Source: a virus. Taken from it: a DNA stretch of 64,000 nucleotides. Shown here in pieces: positions 47,331-57,659 of the stretch. The DNA lies in the IMG/VR virus record IMGVR_UViG_3300022885_000010; one strand, given 5' to 3'. Both the position numbers and the translations under genes were made by a program. Positions within the stretch are counted from its first letter, which is position 1. Every line of letters begins with the position of its first letter. The notes below the pieces were generated by a model. It did no database searches. It was not told where the DNA came from and saw nothing but the letters and a program-made list of their open reading frames with translations.

Positions 47331-48419
47331 ATGAAATTTGACAAAAAAGAAATACGTCGGTTAGTAGATGAAAAGTATATTACCGAGAACAGACACCCAA
47401 ACTACAATATTTATGTATATAAATATACATCTAAGACTGTATATGAACGTTATTGGAACGATTATACATTAAACCTACGTGGAACTGTATTAGACAGATT
47501 CTCTAATTTAATATCTATACCATTCTCTAAATTCTTTAATTATAGCGAATACCCATCTCTTGAATTTTCTGATGACACTACCTATATCTATGAGAAGATG
47601 GATGGTGCATTACTAAACTTATTTAATTATGAGGGTAAATGGAATTTTGCAACTCAACAAAGGTTCGTTTCTGAACATACAGAACGAGCAATGAAAATAT
47701 TTGAAGGTAAGTATATAAAGCTAATGCCTATATTAGATCCAACAAAAACATATATGTTTGAGTTAATATCTGATGTATCACATGTAATTGTTAATTATGA
47801 AGAAGAAGATTTACATTTATTAGGTGTTAGGAATAACGTTACTTGTGAATATGATAATTTTGAATATTTCAATTTAAGAAATATGTTCTCATCTGCCAAA
47901 ATATTATTTAAAACTAAAAAACCAGAAGAAGTAAATAATTTTATAGCTAATATAGACACCATATTAGATGAAAATTCTGAAGGTGTTGTTATATACCAAC
48001 CTACTAATGACATACGTGTAAAGGTTAAAACTCAACGTTATATAGAACTGCATAAATTACTATATGTTAATAATGAACGTGCTATGTTTAATTCGTTAAT
48101 ACAAAATAAGAATATAGTCGATGAAACTATATTAAAAGATATACCTGATGAATGGTATAACAATATTAAGACTATGCAAAATAGAATTAAATCTGAAATG
48201 GATAGAATTATAAGTGAAGTGTCAATCTATGTTACTGATAATAGAGATGTAATCCGTTATATGTTAGAGAAGAATAAAGAAAATAGAAAGTTAATGGCTA
48301 TATCAATCAAAGATTATAAATATAAGCATGTGGTATTCTCTCTATTAGACGATAAGAAAGATGATGAATTGTTATTTGATATTATCAAATCTGAAAAGAA
48401 GTGTTTTAATGAAAATTAA
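47331..48419 (+). CDS. T4 Rnl1-type RNA ligase
   Basis: YKYT, RG.V.D, PFSKFFNY.E, EKMDG (motif I), FELI, EGVV, RVKVK. Confidence 0.9.
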   Translation: MKFDKKEIRRLVDEKYITENRHPNYNIYVYKYTSKTVYERYWNDYTLNLRGTVLDRFSNLISIPFSKFFNYSEYPSLEFSDDTTYIYEKMDGALLNLFNYEGKWNFATQQRFVSEHTERAMKIFEGKYIKLMPILDPTKTYMFELISDVSHVIVNYEEEDLHLLGVRNNVTCEYDNFEYFNLRNMFSSAKILFKTKKPEEVNNFIANIDTILDENSEGVVIYQPTNDIRVKVKTQRYIELHKLLYVNNERAMFNSLIQNKNIVDETILKDIPDEWYNNIKTMQNRIKSEMDRIISEVSIYVTDNRDVIRYMLEKNKENRKLMAISIKDYKYKHVVFSLLDDKKDDELLFDIIKSEKKCFNEN

Positions 48420-48546
48420 GAAATTGTATTTTGATTACCATATAAGTTCATATGCTAACGTAGGTAGTGTGATGTCACCACTTAGGTTTGATATGTTACA
48501 TTCTATGTCATTCGATACTAAAGGTCGTTATACTTATAAATACTAA
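48409..48546 (+). CDS. MxxKxxY-tag small protein
   Basis: MKIKKLYFDY. Confidence 0.5.
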   Translation: MKIKKLYFDYHISSYANVGSVMSPLRFDMLHSMSFDTKGRYTYKY

Positions 48547-48558
48547 GGGAAATTCAAA

Positions 48559-48723
48559 ATGAAGATTAAGAAATTATATTTACCTCTTGATATTATGATA
48601 TATATACATGACTATAAATTTAGATGGGTATATATATGTACAACCAGTAATTTCTTTGAATGTTACATTCATACTGGTGTGCGTGTGGAGAGTTATAGTG
48701 GATATAGAAGTGATGAAGATTAA
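48559..48723 (+). CDS. MxxKxxY-tag small protein (54 aa)
   Basis: Hand translation MKIKKLYLPLDI...SDED*. Confidence 0.55.
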   Translation: MKIKKLYLPLDIMIYIHDYKFRWVYICTTSNFFECYIHTGVRVESYSGYRSDED

Positions 48724-48874
48724 GACGATATATTTACCTCTTGATATTAATATTAATGTAATAGATGTAAAACAGAGATATATCTATACATGTCTATATA
48801 GTAATTCCTATATGGGATATATCTATTCTGGTAGCGATGTTATGCAATATTATGATGAACGAGATGAAGATTAA
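48713..48874 (+). CDS. MxxKxxY-tag small protein, paralog of 48559
   Basis: MKIKTIYLPLDI..RDED*. Confidence 0.55.
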   Translation: MKIKTIYLPLDININVIDVKQRYIYTCLYSNSYMGYIYSGSDVMQYYDERDED

Positions 48875-49004
48875 AAATATATATACTGACGATGATATAT
48901 TACTCTATGCTATATGGAAACCGAGAATGGTTTTATGGGGTATATCTATATTTGGATTGGAAGATTATATGTCTGTTTTTGATACCGATGGATTTTTACT
49001 ATGA
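48864..49004 (+). CDS. MxxKxxY-tag small protein (46 aa)
   Basis: Hand translation MKIKNIYTDD...GFLL*. Confidence 0.5.
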   Translation: MKIKNIYTDDDILLYAIWKPRMVLWGISIFGLEDYMSVFDTDGFLL

Positions 49005-49198
49005 TAGTTAAAAATTTATATATAAATTCCAATTTTAACTGTATCATGTACGTCAAGGATAACGAATACAATATAATATATGGTTGTTATATACATGTAG
49101 GTGGGTATTGGGTAAAACGTGTTATAGGTTCTAATAATAAACAAATATATTATGAAAATAATCATGGGTTTATAATAAATGAAAGACATAAGAAATGA
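49001..49198 (+). CDS. Divergent repeat family protein
   Basis: MIVKNLY; YWVKRV..SNNKQIYYEN. Confidence 0.7.
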   Translation: MIVKNLYINSNFNCIMYVKDNEYNIIYGCYIHVGGYWVKRVIGSNNKQIYYENNHGFIINERHKK

Positions 49199-49749
49199 TA
49201 CTTAAAAAATTATATAATGATGTAACTGGTATCATGAATATATTAAATTCTAACGAGAATTCTATATTCTGGAAACACACTGATGGGTTTTGGGATATAC
49301 AAGAATATGATTCCAATGGAAATATAGTTTATTCTATTAATAGTTTTGGGAATTGGTATCGATGTGAATATGATTCTAATAATAATCAAATTTATCGTGA
49401 ATATAATGATGGGCACTGGCTAAAACAAGAATATGATTCTAATAATAATGAAATTTATTGGGAAGATAGTAATGGATATTGGGTAAAAAACGAATTTGAT
49501 TCTAATAATAATGGAATTTATTGGGAAAATAGTGATGGATATTGGGTAAAAAACGAATTTGATTCTAATAATAATGAAATTTATTGTGAAAATAGTAGTG
49601 GGCACTGGGTAAAAAGAGAATATGATTCTAATGGTATGATCTATTATGAGGATAGTGAAGGTGAGTTGGTAGATAACAGACCTAAAGAAAATAAAATTTG
49701 GAAGTTAATAAATAATTTCGTAAGTTTGTATTATAATTTTAAACAATAA
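49195..49749 (+). CDS. 21-aa repeat family protein reading through the promoter
   Basis: Ends RPKENKIWKLINNFVSLYYNFKQ (promoter translated). Confidence 0.85.
   Translation: MILKKLYNDVTGIMNILNSNENSIFWKHTDGFWDIQEYDSNGNIVYSINSFGNWYRCEYDSNNNQIYREYNDGHWLKQEYDSNNNEIYWEDSNGYWVKNEFDSNNNGIYWENSDGYWVKNEFDSNNNEIYCENSSGHWVKREYDSNGMIYYEDSEGELVDNRPKENKIWKLINNFVSLYYNFKQ
49688..49728 (+). promoter_or_regulatory. Bacteroidota-type promoter copy 15
   Basis: AAAATAAAA-TTTG-N20-TAAGTTTG. Confidence 0.85.
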
Positions 49750-49763
49750 ATGGATTTGATAAA

Positions 49764-49988
49764 TTGATAAGAAATATATTCACTATAATAATAGAATTAC
49801 TAATGTCTACTTTGGTAGTATGGATAATAACTACATACTCAAAATGGAACTTTAGTGACACAGACCAATGCTTCTTATTTATATTACTTTACATAGTAAT
49901 GCAATTAAACAAGATAAAGTTGGCAAACGCATTAGTAATAAATAATTTGGTTATTGATAGTACGTCAGTAACAGAACCGAAAAAATAA
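49764..49988 (+). CDS. Small membrane protein
   Basis: Two hydrophobic segments; TTG start. Confidence 0.55.
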   Translation: MIRNIFTIIIELLMSTLVVWIITTYSKWNFSDTDQCFLFILLYIVMQLNKIKLANALVINNLVIDSTSVTEPKK

Positions 49989-49998
49989 TAAGGTAAAT

Positions 49999-50253
49999 AT
50001 GCAAAACAAGAATTTAATAGATAGTTTATTGATGTATCAAATAGACATCAATATAGATGGTAAAGTAATATCAGTCAAAGTAACTGTTAAGAACTTCGAG
50101 CCATTAAGAATAGAACCAGCTGTAAAAACTAATGATGATTTAATGTTGTTTATGAATTTAAAGCTAGACCAGAAGAAAGCTATAAATAAAATAATATCGG
50201 ATCATATGGAAACTATTAGGTATTCGATGGAGTACATACCAAATGAAAGTTAA
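49999..50253 (+). CDS. hypothetical protein
   Basis: ORF track. Confidence 0.55.
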   Translation: MQNKNLIDSLLMYQIDINIDGKVISVKVTVKNFEPLRIEPAVKTNDDLMLFMNLKLDQKKAINKIISDHMETIRYSMEYIPNES

Positions 50254-50509
50254 TTATGATTATCAGCAATTATATGACTTAATATATGAAACTATAACTG
50301 ATTTGGAATATGTGCATAATTTGAAACTTAATGATGCATTGATATTAACCGATAAGATAGTATTAGTGTATAAACGTGATGTAATGGTTTTAATTGACAA
50401 ATTCGGTAGAGACCTACAAGTCCATATACAATTAATTGATACTAATATCAAAGTTTTACTTGAAGAATATGATGATAGATACCAATTTATCATACAACGT
50501 AAATTTTAA
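50243..50509 (+). CDS. hypothetical protein
   Basis: ORF track. Confidence 0.55.
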   Translation: MKVNYDYQQLYDLIYETITDLEYVHNLKLNDALILTDKIVLVYKRDVMVLIDKFGRDLQVHIQLIDTNIKVLLEEYDDRYQFIIQRKF

Positions 50510-50535
50510 AACAATAAACAAAGAAGAGATATAAA

Positions 50536-50931
50536 ATGAAAAATGTAGAGTATAATATAGTAGATAATAAAATAGAATTGACTTGTAATTTGGATAATGA
50601 TTATGAATTATCATTAACTATATATAATAACGAAGATTACTTTGTATGTGACTTCACTATACATGATATATCTGATATTAATGATGTATTGGTTACAGGT
50701 GAGAATATATCATTGGAAGAGTTCGGTAAGAAAGCAAATATTAAATTCCCAGATTATAAGTTTAGATTGGTTAATAGAAATAATCAAACTATAGAATTAT
50801 TCAATTATATGGTTGAAAGTAATTATACACATAAAACTATAATATTAGCAACTGAAACTGGATTTGATAGTGTGTTCATTATAGATATTGAATATGCTGA
50901 GTTCGTGGAAGACTCATGTGATATGGCATAA
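50536..50931 (+). CDS. hypothetical protein
   Basis: ORF track. Confidence 0.6.
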   Translation: MKNVEYNIVDNKIELTCNLDNDYELSLTIYNNEDYFVCDFTIHDISDINDVLVTGENISLEEFGKKANIKFPDYKFRLVNRNNQTIELFNYMVESNYTHKTIILATETGFDSVFIIDIEYAEFVEDSCDMA

Positions 50932-51242
50932 TGATAGTTAAGAAATTATATAATATTGTGTTTGATCCAATAGATATAAACAACTCTAATAACAATCTAA
51001 TTTATTGGGAAAATAATAATGGATTTTGGGTAAAAAGCGAATATGATTCTAATAATAATGAAATTTATTATGAAGATAGTGATGGATTTTGGGTAAAAAG
51101 CGAATTTGATTCTAATAATAATGAAATTTATTGTGAAAATAGTAATAGATTTTGGGTAAAAAAGGAATTTGATTCTAATAATAATGAAATTTATTGTGAA
51201 AATAGTAATGGAACTATATTTGACGAAAGACCTAAAAAATGA
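50931..51242 (+). CDS. 21-aa repeat family protein
   Basis: MIVKKLY cap, GTIFDERPKK. Confidence 0.85.
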   Translation: MIVKKLYNIVFDPIDINNSNNNLIYWENNNGFWVKSEYDSNNNEIYYEDSDGFWVKSEFDSNNNEIYCENSNRFWVKKEFDSNNNEIYCENSNGTIFDERPKK

Positions 51243-51691
51243 TACTTAAAAAATTATATATTGATACTGTAATTCATAATCCTATAGTGCTATATGATTC
51301 TAATAATAATGAAATTTATTATGAAGATAGTAATGGATATTGGGTAAAAAGAGAATTTGATTCTAATAATAATGAAATTTATTATGAAGATAGTAATGGA
51401 TTTTGGGTAAAAAGCGAATATGATTCTAATAATAATCGAATTTATCGTGAAAATAATAATGGATTTTGGGTAAAAAGCGAATTTGATTCTAATAATAATG
51501 AAATTTATTGGGAATATAATGATGGATTTTGGGTAAAAAGAGAATTTGATTCTAATAATAATCTAATTAATCATGAATATAGTAATGGAATTATACGAGG
51601 TAAAAGACCTAAAGAAACAAAAAGATTAACTCATAAAGAAATATGTGAATTAATTGGATATAATGTAGAAATAATCAAAGAGAAGGAATAA
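51239..51691 (+). CDS. 21-aa repeat family protein with LTHKEICELIG tail
   Basis: MILKKLYIDTVIHNP cap; tail as in 21244. Confidence 0.85.
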   Translation: MILKKLYIDTVIHNPIVLYDSNNNEIYYEDSNGYWVKREFDSNNNEIYYEDSNGFWVKSEYDSNNNRIYRENNNGFWVKSEFDSNNNEIYWEYNDGFWVKREFDSNNNLINHEYSNGIIRGKRPKETKRLTHKEICELIGYNVEIIKEKE

Positions 51692-51695
51692 TAAA

Positions 51696-52331
51696 ATGAA
51701 GATGACTTTAGAAAAATTACTTAAAAATCAAGAATTTCCGAAGGAACTATTTGATAAAAACGGAAATCAAATTTATTGGGAACGTAGTAATGGAGATTGG
51801 TCAAAAAGCGAATTTGATTCTAATAATAATGAAATTTATTGGGAAAATAGTAATGGAGATTTGGTAAAAAGAGAATTTGATTCTAATAACAATCTAATTT
51901 ATTGGGAAAATAATAATGGATTTTGGGTAAAAAGCGAATATGATTCTAATAATAATGAAATTTATTATGAAGATAGTAATGGATTTTGGGTAAAAAGCGA
52001 ATTTGATTCTAATAATAATGAAATTTATTGGGAATATAATGATGGATTTTGGGTAAAAAGAGAATTTGATTCTAATAATAATAGAATTTATTGTGAATAT
52101 AGTGATGGATTTTGGGTAAAAAGCGAATTTGATTCTAATAATAATGAAATTTATTGGGAATATAATGATGGATTTTGGGTAAAAAGAGAATATGATTCTA
52201 ATAATAATAGAATTTATTGTGAACATAGTGATGGAATTATACGAGGTAAAAGACCTAACAAAAATAAAATTTGGAAGTTAATAAATAATTTCGTAAGTTT
52301 GTATTATAATTTTAAACGAAACAATAAATAA
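51696..52331 (+). CDS. 21-aa repeat family protein reading through the promoter
   Basis: MKMTLEK..FPKELFDKNGN cap; ends NKIWKLINNFVSLYY. Confidence 0.85.
   Translation: MKMTLEKLLKNQEFPKELFDKNGNQIYWERSNGDWSKSEFDSNNNEIYWENSNGDLVKREFDSNNNLIYWENNNGFWVKSEYDSNNNEIYYEDSNGFWVKSEFDSNNNEIYWEYNDGFWVKREFDSNNNRIYCEYSDGFWVKSEFDSNNNEIYWEYNDGFWVKREYDSNNNRIYCEHSDGIIRGKRPNKNKIWKLINNFVSLYYNFKRNNK
52261..52301 (+). promoter_or_regulatory. Bacteroidota-type promoter copy 16
   Basis: AAAATAAAA-TTTG-N20-TAAGTTTG. Confidence 0.85.
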
Positions 52332-52345
52332 TAAAGGAAGTAATT

Positions 52346-53602
52346 ATGTCAGTTAGATTCGATCTAATAAACAAAATAGACTCTATCCAATCAGAGCTAC
52401 AAAGAAAATATGCAGGTGTTATCTTGTCACAAGGAGCAACCTTATATATTAAAGGTGCGGCTGGAACAGGTAAATCAGCTGTATTACGTGAACTTGCTAA
52501 AAGTTTAGATATGCAAGTTATTGTACTTGTAATCTCACAAGTAGATGAGGCTGATTTAGGTATCTATCCAGAAACTTATGATTATATACCTGATGATGAA
52601 CCTAATGCTAAACCAGTTAGATGTTTTAGATATTTACCTGCTGAATGGGCTATCAAGGCAAGTCAACAACCAACGTTAGTTATATTTGAGGAATTGAATA
52701 GATCAACTATAGAAAAGAGAAATGCTTGTTTACAGATTTTAACTGAATGGAGAGTAGGTCAATATCTAATGAACAAAGAGAATGTATTTTTTGCCGCATC
52801 CGGTAATATAGGTAATGAAGATGGTAATGACGTAGATGAATTTGATAATGCTATGATTAATAGATTGTGTATTATGAATCAAATATCAAACTATCAACTA
52901 TGGAAATCAGAGTTTGGTGATGCAAACGTATCAAGTGTATTAATGGATTATTTAGATTCGACTGGTGGTAGTGTTATACACGATCAAGCACATGTTAAGA
53001 ATAATACAGCTAATCGTACTCCATACGCTACAGAACGTAGTTGGAGTAATCTATCAGAGTATATAGTTAGTATTCATCATACAGACCCAACAGATCCTAA
53101 ATCACCTATTAAGGATAAAGGTAAATTAATCTATGAATTAGATAATAATGGTATTGCACATGGATATATTGGTAATAATGCTATTAAATTCATTTCATAC
53201 TTGAAAAATTCAAATGATGTATCAGTAGATAATATATTAAATGATTTTGATTTAGTTAGAAAATCAATTAGAAAATTAGAACAATCTGACGCAACATCAA
53301 TTATATATGACTTAGGTAAGTTAGATATTGGTGCATTAAAAGAATCTCAAATTATGAATATATTTGCTTTCTTAGATTTAATGCCATCTAAGGATTTACG
53401 TGCTACTTACATTAAAGATGTATTTATGAAATGTATTGATGAACATGGAATGAAATTAACATTTATAAATGATAGACCTTCATATTTCAAGCCACAATTC
53501 ATTAGTAATTTCAAATTGTTTAGAGATAACAATATGGAGTTATTCAAAGAGACTATCAAAGGTTGTAATAATGATGAACTTGGCTTAACAAATACAAAAT
53601 AA
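52346..53602 (+). CDS. MoxR-like AAA+ ATPase
   Basis: GAAGTGKS (Walker A), IFEELNR (Walker B), AASGN, AMINR, TERSW. Confidence 0.85.
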   Translation: MSVRFDLINKIDSIQSELQRKYAGVILSQGATLYIKGAAGTGKSAVLRELAKSLDMQVIVLVISQVDEADLGIYPETYDYIPDDEPNAKPVRCFRYLPAEWAIKASQQPTLVIFEELNRSTIEKRNACLQILTEWRVGQYLMNKENVFFAASGNIGNEDGNDVDEFDNAMINRLCIMNQISNYQLWKSEFGDANVSSVLMDYLDSTGGSVIHDQAHVKNNTANRTPYATERSWSNLSEYIVSIHHTDPTDPKSPIKDKGKLIYELDNNGIAHGYIGNNAIKFISYLKNSNDVSVDNILNDFDLVRKSIRKLEQSDATSIIYDLGKLDIGALKESQIMNIFAFLDLMPSKDLRATYIKDVFMKCIDEHGMKLTFINDRPSYFKPQFISNFKLFRDNNMELFKETIKGCNNDELGLTNTK

Positions 53603-53617
53603 AGGAAAATAAATAAT

Positions 53618-55153
53618 ATGTATTTCGATTCAATAAAAAATATAAGAATACAAAATATATTAACTGAATTTATATTAAATTATAAATTAAATGCAAGGTT
53701 CTACGGATACTTTTGTCAATATATAAACTTTAGAGAAAACACACATACAAAGACATATCATCCATACGTGGATAAGCATGGTATGGTTGTATCATACAAC
53801 TCTGAATTTATAGATAGTTTATCAGAAGAAGAATTAAGATATTTAATATGTTTTGTATGTTTTCAATTTATATCTAATCACTCATTAGTAGAAGTAACAA
53901 ACGAAGCTACGTTTATAGATTTCTTATCATCTACGATAGTATTAACTAATATACTTAGTATGGCATCAGATCAAACTAACTTTAAACGTTTTGGGTTTCT
54001 ACCTCCATTTCCAAATAAAGAACTTGATGATTATACTGTATTCTATAAGAACACTAAACATCTAACTGAAATTAATGAGGGTGTTAAAGACTATATCAAT
54101 ACTAATTACAAAGGTAGAATGGATTATAGTGATTTAACAGATAAACTTATAGAGTTAAGAAATATAGACCCTACATTAATACAAAAGTTAATGGAAGCTA
54201 CTAAAGATATGACAGAGGAAAATAAAAATGACTATTCCGACATATTAGAGGAACATACAGAAGCTATACAAGCTATATCTGATACTAAAGATACTATCGA
54301 AGAGATAATAACTTCAATCAAAGAGTTCTTTGATTGGGTTGATACTGATAAATTCTTTAATAATAGTGATGATATTAAGAAGTATAATGAATCAAATAAA
54401 GAAGTAGAAGAATTTAAACCTGTTAGTGAAAATAACAAATCTAATAAATCAAGTGAATATACTTCGTTATTGAGAGTTCTTGCAAAAAAAGAACTTAACT
54501 TTGAAAGTATAGGTAGTGGTTGTTCAGGTAACAATTGTGAGAATAGAGGTTCAATTGAAAACGCATTATCATCAGCAAGAAATAGAGGGTCTGGTGCTGG
54601 TGCATTAGATAGACACTTAGATTCTTTAACTGAATCAAGAGTTGATTATATGAAATTAATTAAATCTAAAACTAATAGTTTAATGTCTAATTATACTAAT
54701 AGAAAATACACTAAACCTAATAGAAAAGGTCTTAAAGGTATCAAAGGTAAACATAAGACTGGTAATGCTATAACTTGTATATTAGATACATCGGGTTCTA
54801 TGTGGGGTTCATTAGAAGTTGTATTATCAACGATATTTAAACATGGTCTTCACGTTAATTTAATACAAATTGATACTAACGTTAAAGATCCAATTATATT
54901 AAAGAGTAAAGCTGACTTTTCTAAGATAGACTTGTTGGGTGGTGGTGGAACTGAATTGCAACCTGCTATTGACTATGTAGTTGAGAATGATAAATATAAT
55001 AAACATAATGTAGTTATTCTAACGGATGGTTATACTGATACATTAGATACTTCTAACTTAAAGCAAGTGTTGATATTGTCTGTTGGTGTGGAATGTGATT
55101 TAATAACATATAACAATGTAACTCAAATTATATTAAATCCAGAGGAATTATAA
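53618..55153 (+). CDS. DUF2201-like protein with C-terminal vWA domain
   Basis: ILDTSGSM (MIDAS), GGGTELQP, ILTDG; adjacent to MoxR ATPase. Confidence 0.85.
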   Translation: MYFDSIKNIRIQNILTEFILNYKLNARFYGYFCQYINFRENTHTKTYHPYVDKHGMVVSYNSEFIDSLSEEELRYLICFVCFQFISNHSLVEVTNEATFIDFLSSTIVLTNILSMASDQTNFKRFGFLPPFPNKELDDYTVFYKNTKHLTEINEGVKDYINTNYKGRMDYSDLTDKLIELRNIDPTLIQKLMEATKDMTEENKNDYSDILEEHTEAIQAISDTKDTIEEIITSIKEFFDWVDTDKFFNNSDDIKKYNESNKEVEEFKPVSENNKSNKSSEYTSLLRVLAKKELNFESIGSGCSGNNCENRGSIENALSSARNRGSGAGALDRHLDSLTESRVDYMKLIKSKTNSLMSNYTNRKYTKPNRKGLKGIKGKHKTGNAITCILDTSGSMWGSLEVVLSTIFKHGLHVNLIQIDTNVKDPIILKSKADFSKIDLLGGGGTELQPAIDYVVENDKYNKHNVVILTDGYTDTLDTSNLKQVLILSVGVECDLITYNNVTQIILNPEEL

Positions 55154-55480
55154 TTGTCAAGAAAGATATTAATTTCAAAGTTTAAACATAATAACTATAA
55201 CTTTGAATTTAAAGAACCTATAGTTGTTTCTGTTGGTGGATGTGAACGTGGACAAGTTAAGTTATCTAATGAATACTTTGAGATTTACGCAAGAGGTATA
55301 AATTATAAAGTAGCACTAACGAATTTTAAGATTAACTTTATAACTGGATATAGATTCTATACTATGAGATATTTAAACCACTTAGCACCATCAGTACAGG
55401 AACTAACTTATAAATTCAGTAATGATGTTATAATACCAAGAAGAAAGATTAAATATGATGAAATTGAAGAAGTTGTATAA
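55154..55480 (+). CDS. hypothetical protein
   Basis: ORF track (TTG start). Confidence 0.55.
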   Translation: MSRKILISKFKHNNYNFEFKEPIVVSVGGCERGQVKLSNEYFEIYARGINYKVALTNFKINFITGYRFYTMRYLNHLAPSVQELTYKFSNDVIIPRRKIKYDEIEEVV

Positions 55481-55570
55481 TACTAATAATAGAATATTAA
55501 AACATTACTATAATGTTGTGTTGGGTGAGTATAGATATAAATATATTTACGGTTCACGTTGGTATAAATT

Positions 55571-55738
55571 ATGAAACTTAAAAACTTATATAATGATTCT
55601 AAGCGATTGGAACTAATATATTCACGTATCAATCGTTATGTAGTCTATACATTACATCATACTACTGGTGGATTAACTTGGCAAAAGACAATAACTGGAA
55701 TATTTAATGTGTCATCTAAAATATATAACGTTAAATGA
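55571..55738 (+). CDS. MxxKxxY-tag small protein (55 aa)
   Basis: Hand translation MKLKNLYND...YNVK*. Confidence 0.5.
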   Translation: MKLKNLYNDSKRLELIYSRINRYVVYTLHHTTGGLTWQKTITGIFNVSSKIYNVK

Positions 55739-55947
55739 AAATTAAACGAATATATATTGATATTACTAATATTCATCGTGTATATACAAGAAAATATGAT
55801 GATCAGAATGTATTTGTAATAATAAATAATCCATCATATAACCATGTTGTATATCGGCACTTCTATAATAGAAGTGAAATTATGATACGACGTGATGAAT
55901 ATGATAAAAATTACAATTTAATTAGTGAAAATATAGTACGGTTTTGA
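55735..55947 (+). CDS. MxxKxxY-tag small protein
   Basis: MKIKRIYID. Confidence 0.55.
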   Translation: MKIKRIYIDITNIHRVYTRKYDDQNVFVIINNPSYNHVVYRHFYNRSEIMIRRDEYDKNYNLISENIVRF

Positions 55948-55951
55948 ATCA

Positions 55952-56239
55952 ATGAATAATACATACCAATTAGGACTTTTAAAGAAGTATAGAAAATTAT
56001 ATACTTCTATTATAGATGAGTTTATTTCTAAACATGAATTTAAAGATGATTTGGAGTGGGTAGAAAGCGACAGGATAAAGGTAGGGGATATAATCATATC
56101 TTTAGACCTAATACTAAAAGACTTTCAATATAACGCACCTAAACACGCTATTTTAGAGTATATGGATTATAGATATGAATCCGATACAGATCGTTCCAGT
56201 TATTATGACTTTTTAAAGGGATTATATGCAAAGAAATGA
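55952..56239 (+). CDS. hypothetical protein
   Basis: ORF track. Confidence 0.6.
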   Translation: MNNTYQLGLLKKYRKLYTSIIDEFISKHEFKDDLEWVESDRIKVGDIIISLDLILKDFQYNAPKHAILEYMDYRYESDTDRSSYYDFLKGLYAKK

Positions 56240-56457
56240 TATAGACTTCCTTATATAGAAGGAACATCAAGAAACACAAGAATACAAAGATATGGTTTCA
56301 GCTAAAGATATTGAATATAACAAATATATCTCTGAAATGGAATCTAAGGGATTTGATAATCAACATGATTATGAAGATTATATATTTAGTTCATTAATAA
56401 CAAATATTAAATTAATATCAATATCAATTTCTGTAATATCGTTAATATGTATAATAT

Positions 56458-56625
56458 ATGCAAATTAAAACTGTATATAAGTCTGTATTTAGAGAACCAA
56501 TGACTATATACAAGTTAAAGCATAAACTCGATTTCAGCTATCACAATAAAAGTAATTATTATGTATTTTATTATGATGAAAATGGTAAATTCATATCTAA
56601 CAATATAAGAAAAGTCTGGAAATGA
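56458..56625 (+). CDS. MxxKxxY-tag small protein (55 aa)
   Basis: Hand translation MQIKTVYK...KVWK*. Confidence 0.5.
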   Translation: MQIKTVYKSVFREPMTIYKLKHKLDFSYHNKSNYYVFYYDENGKFISNNIRKVWK

Positions 56626-56738
56626 TACTTAAAAAATTCTATAATACTAAACGTCAATCATGGATAATCAATAAAAATTACGAGATCGATTATGCGTTAG
56701 ACATAGATGGTTATTATGCACATGAAAGAACTATCTAA
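56622..56738 (+). CDS. MxxKxxY-tag small protein (38 aa)
   Basis: Hand translation MILKKFYN...ERTI*. Confidence 0.5.
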   Translation: MILKKFYNTKRQSWIINKNYEIDYALDIDGYYAHERTI

Positions 56739-56783
56739 TCTACAAGTAAATTTATCGAATATAATAAATATTCAATATGGCAT

Positions 56784-56824
56784 AAAATAAAATTAGGAAA
56801 TGATAAAATAATTTCGTAAGTTTG
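56784..56824 (+). promoter_or_regulatory. Bacteroidota-type promoter copy 17
   Basis: AAAATAAAA-TTAG-N20-TAAGTTTG. Confidence 0.85.
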
Positions 56825-56865
56825 AATTGTAATTTTTAACAATAACAAATTAAAAGGTAATTATA

Positions 56866-57471
56866 ATGGGAACACGAAATCTAACAATGGTCATTTTTAA
56901 TGACGAAGTAAAAGTAGCACAATATGGTCAATGGGATGGACATCCAGATGGTCAAGGTCAAACCGTATTTAATTTCTTGGCTAATACTGATTTAGATATA
57001 TTCAAATCAAAATTAGATAAAGTTAGATTCTTTAATGACGAAGACTCAAAAACATACGAAGAGTTTTGTACTAAATGTGCAATTGATGGTTGGATGGATT
57101 CTAATCAAGCTAATACACTACACGAAGAATACCCATATATATCAAGAGATTTAGGTGCTGATATTTTAGAGATGATATTAAAGTCTGATGACGAAGTATG
57201 TCTTCTTAACGATTCAACTACGTTTGGCTATGATACTCTATTATGTGAATATTCGTATATAGTTGATTTAGATAATAACAAACTTCATATATATGGAGTT
57301 GACATTGGCTATCTGAATAGTGGTGATAATTGGTTTGAGAACAACAAATCTAAATATGAATTAGAAGATGAAGATTTTGGTATTCAATCATTAATGAGTA
57401 TATTTGATATAAATGATATGCCTTCTTACGAAGATTATATATCTATATTAATACCTGTAGAAGTAGAATAG
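56866..57471 (+). CDS. Conserved-looking phage hypothetical protein
   Basis: MGTR..AQYGQWDGHPDG motif recalled from phage proteins. Confidence 0.7.
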   Translation: MGTRNLTMVIFNDEVKVAQYGQWDGHPDGQGQTVFNFLANTDLDIFKSKLDKVRFFNDEDSKTYEEFCTKCAIDGWMDSNQANTLHEEYPYISRDLGADILEMILKSDDEVCLLNDSTTFGYDTLLCEYSYIVDLDNNKLHIYGVDIGYLNSGDNWFENNKSKYELEDEDFGIQSLMSIFDINDMPSYEDYISILIPVEVE

Positions 57472-57659
57472 GAAGAAGATGAAGAAGATGAAGAAGATAT
57501 TGATAAAGCTAACATAGGTTCGGTTTGTTTTTATGAAATGCAAAAAACAGAAGTAAGAATTGAATCTATAAAAGTTAGAATTGAAGTTCTTGAAGAATGT
57601 CTTCGAGGTGAGGAATTAAGCAATTATGATTTTTTATAATAAATTAAACGAGATTAAAA

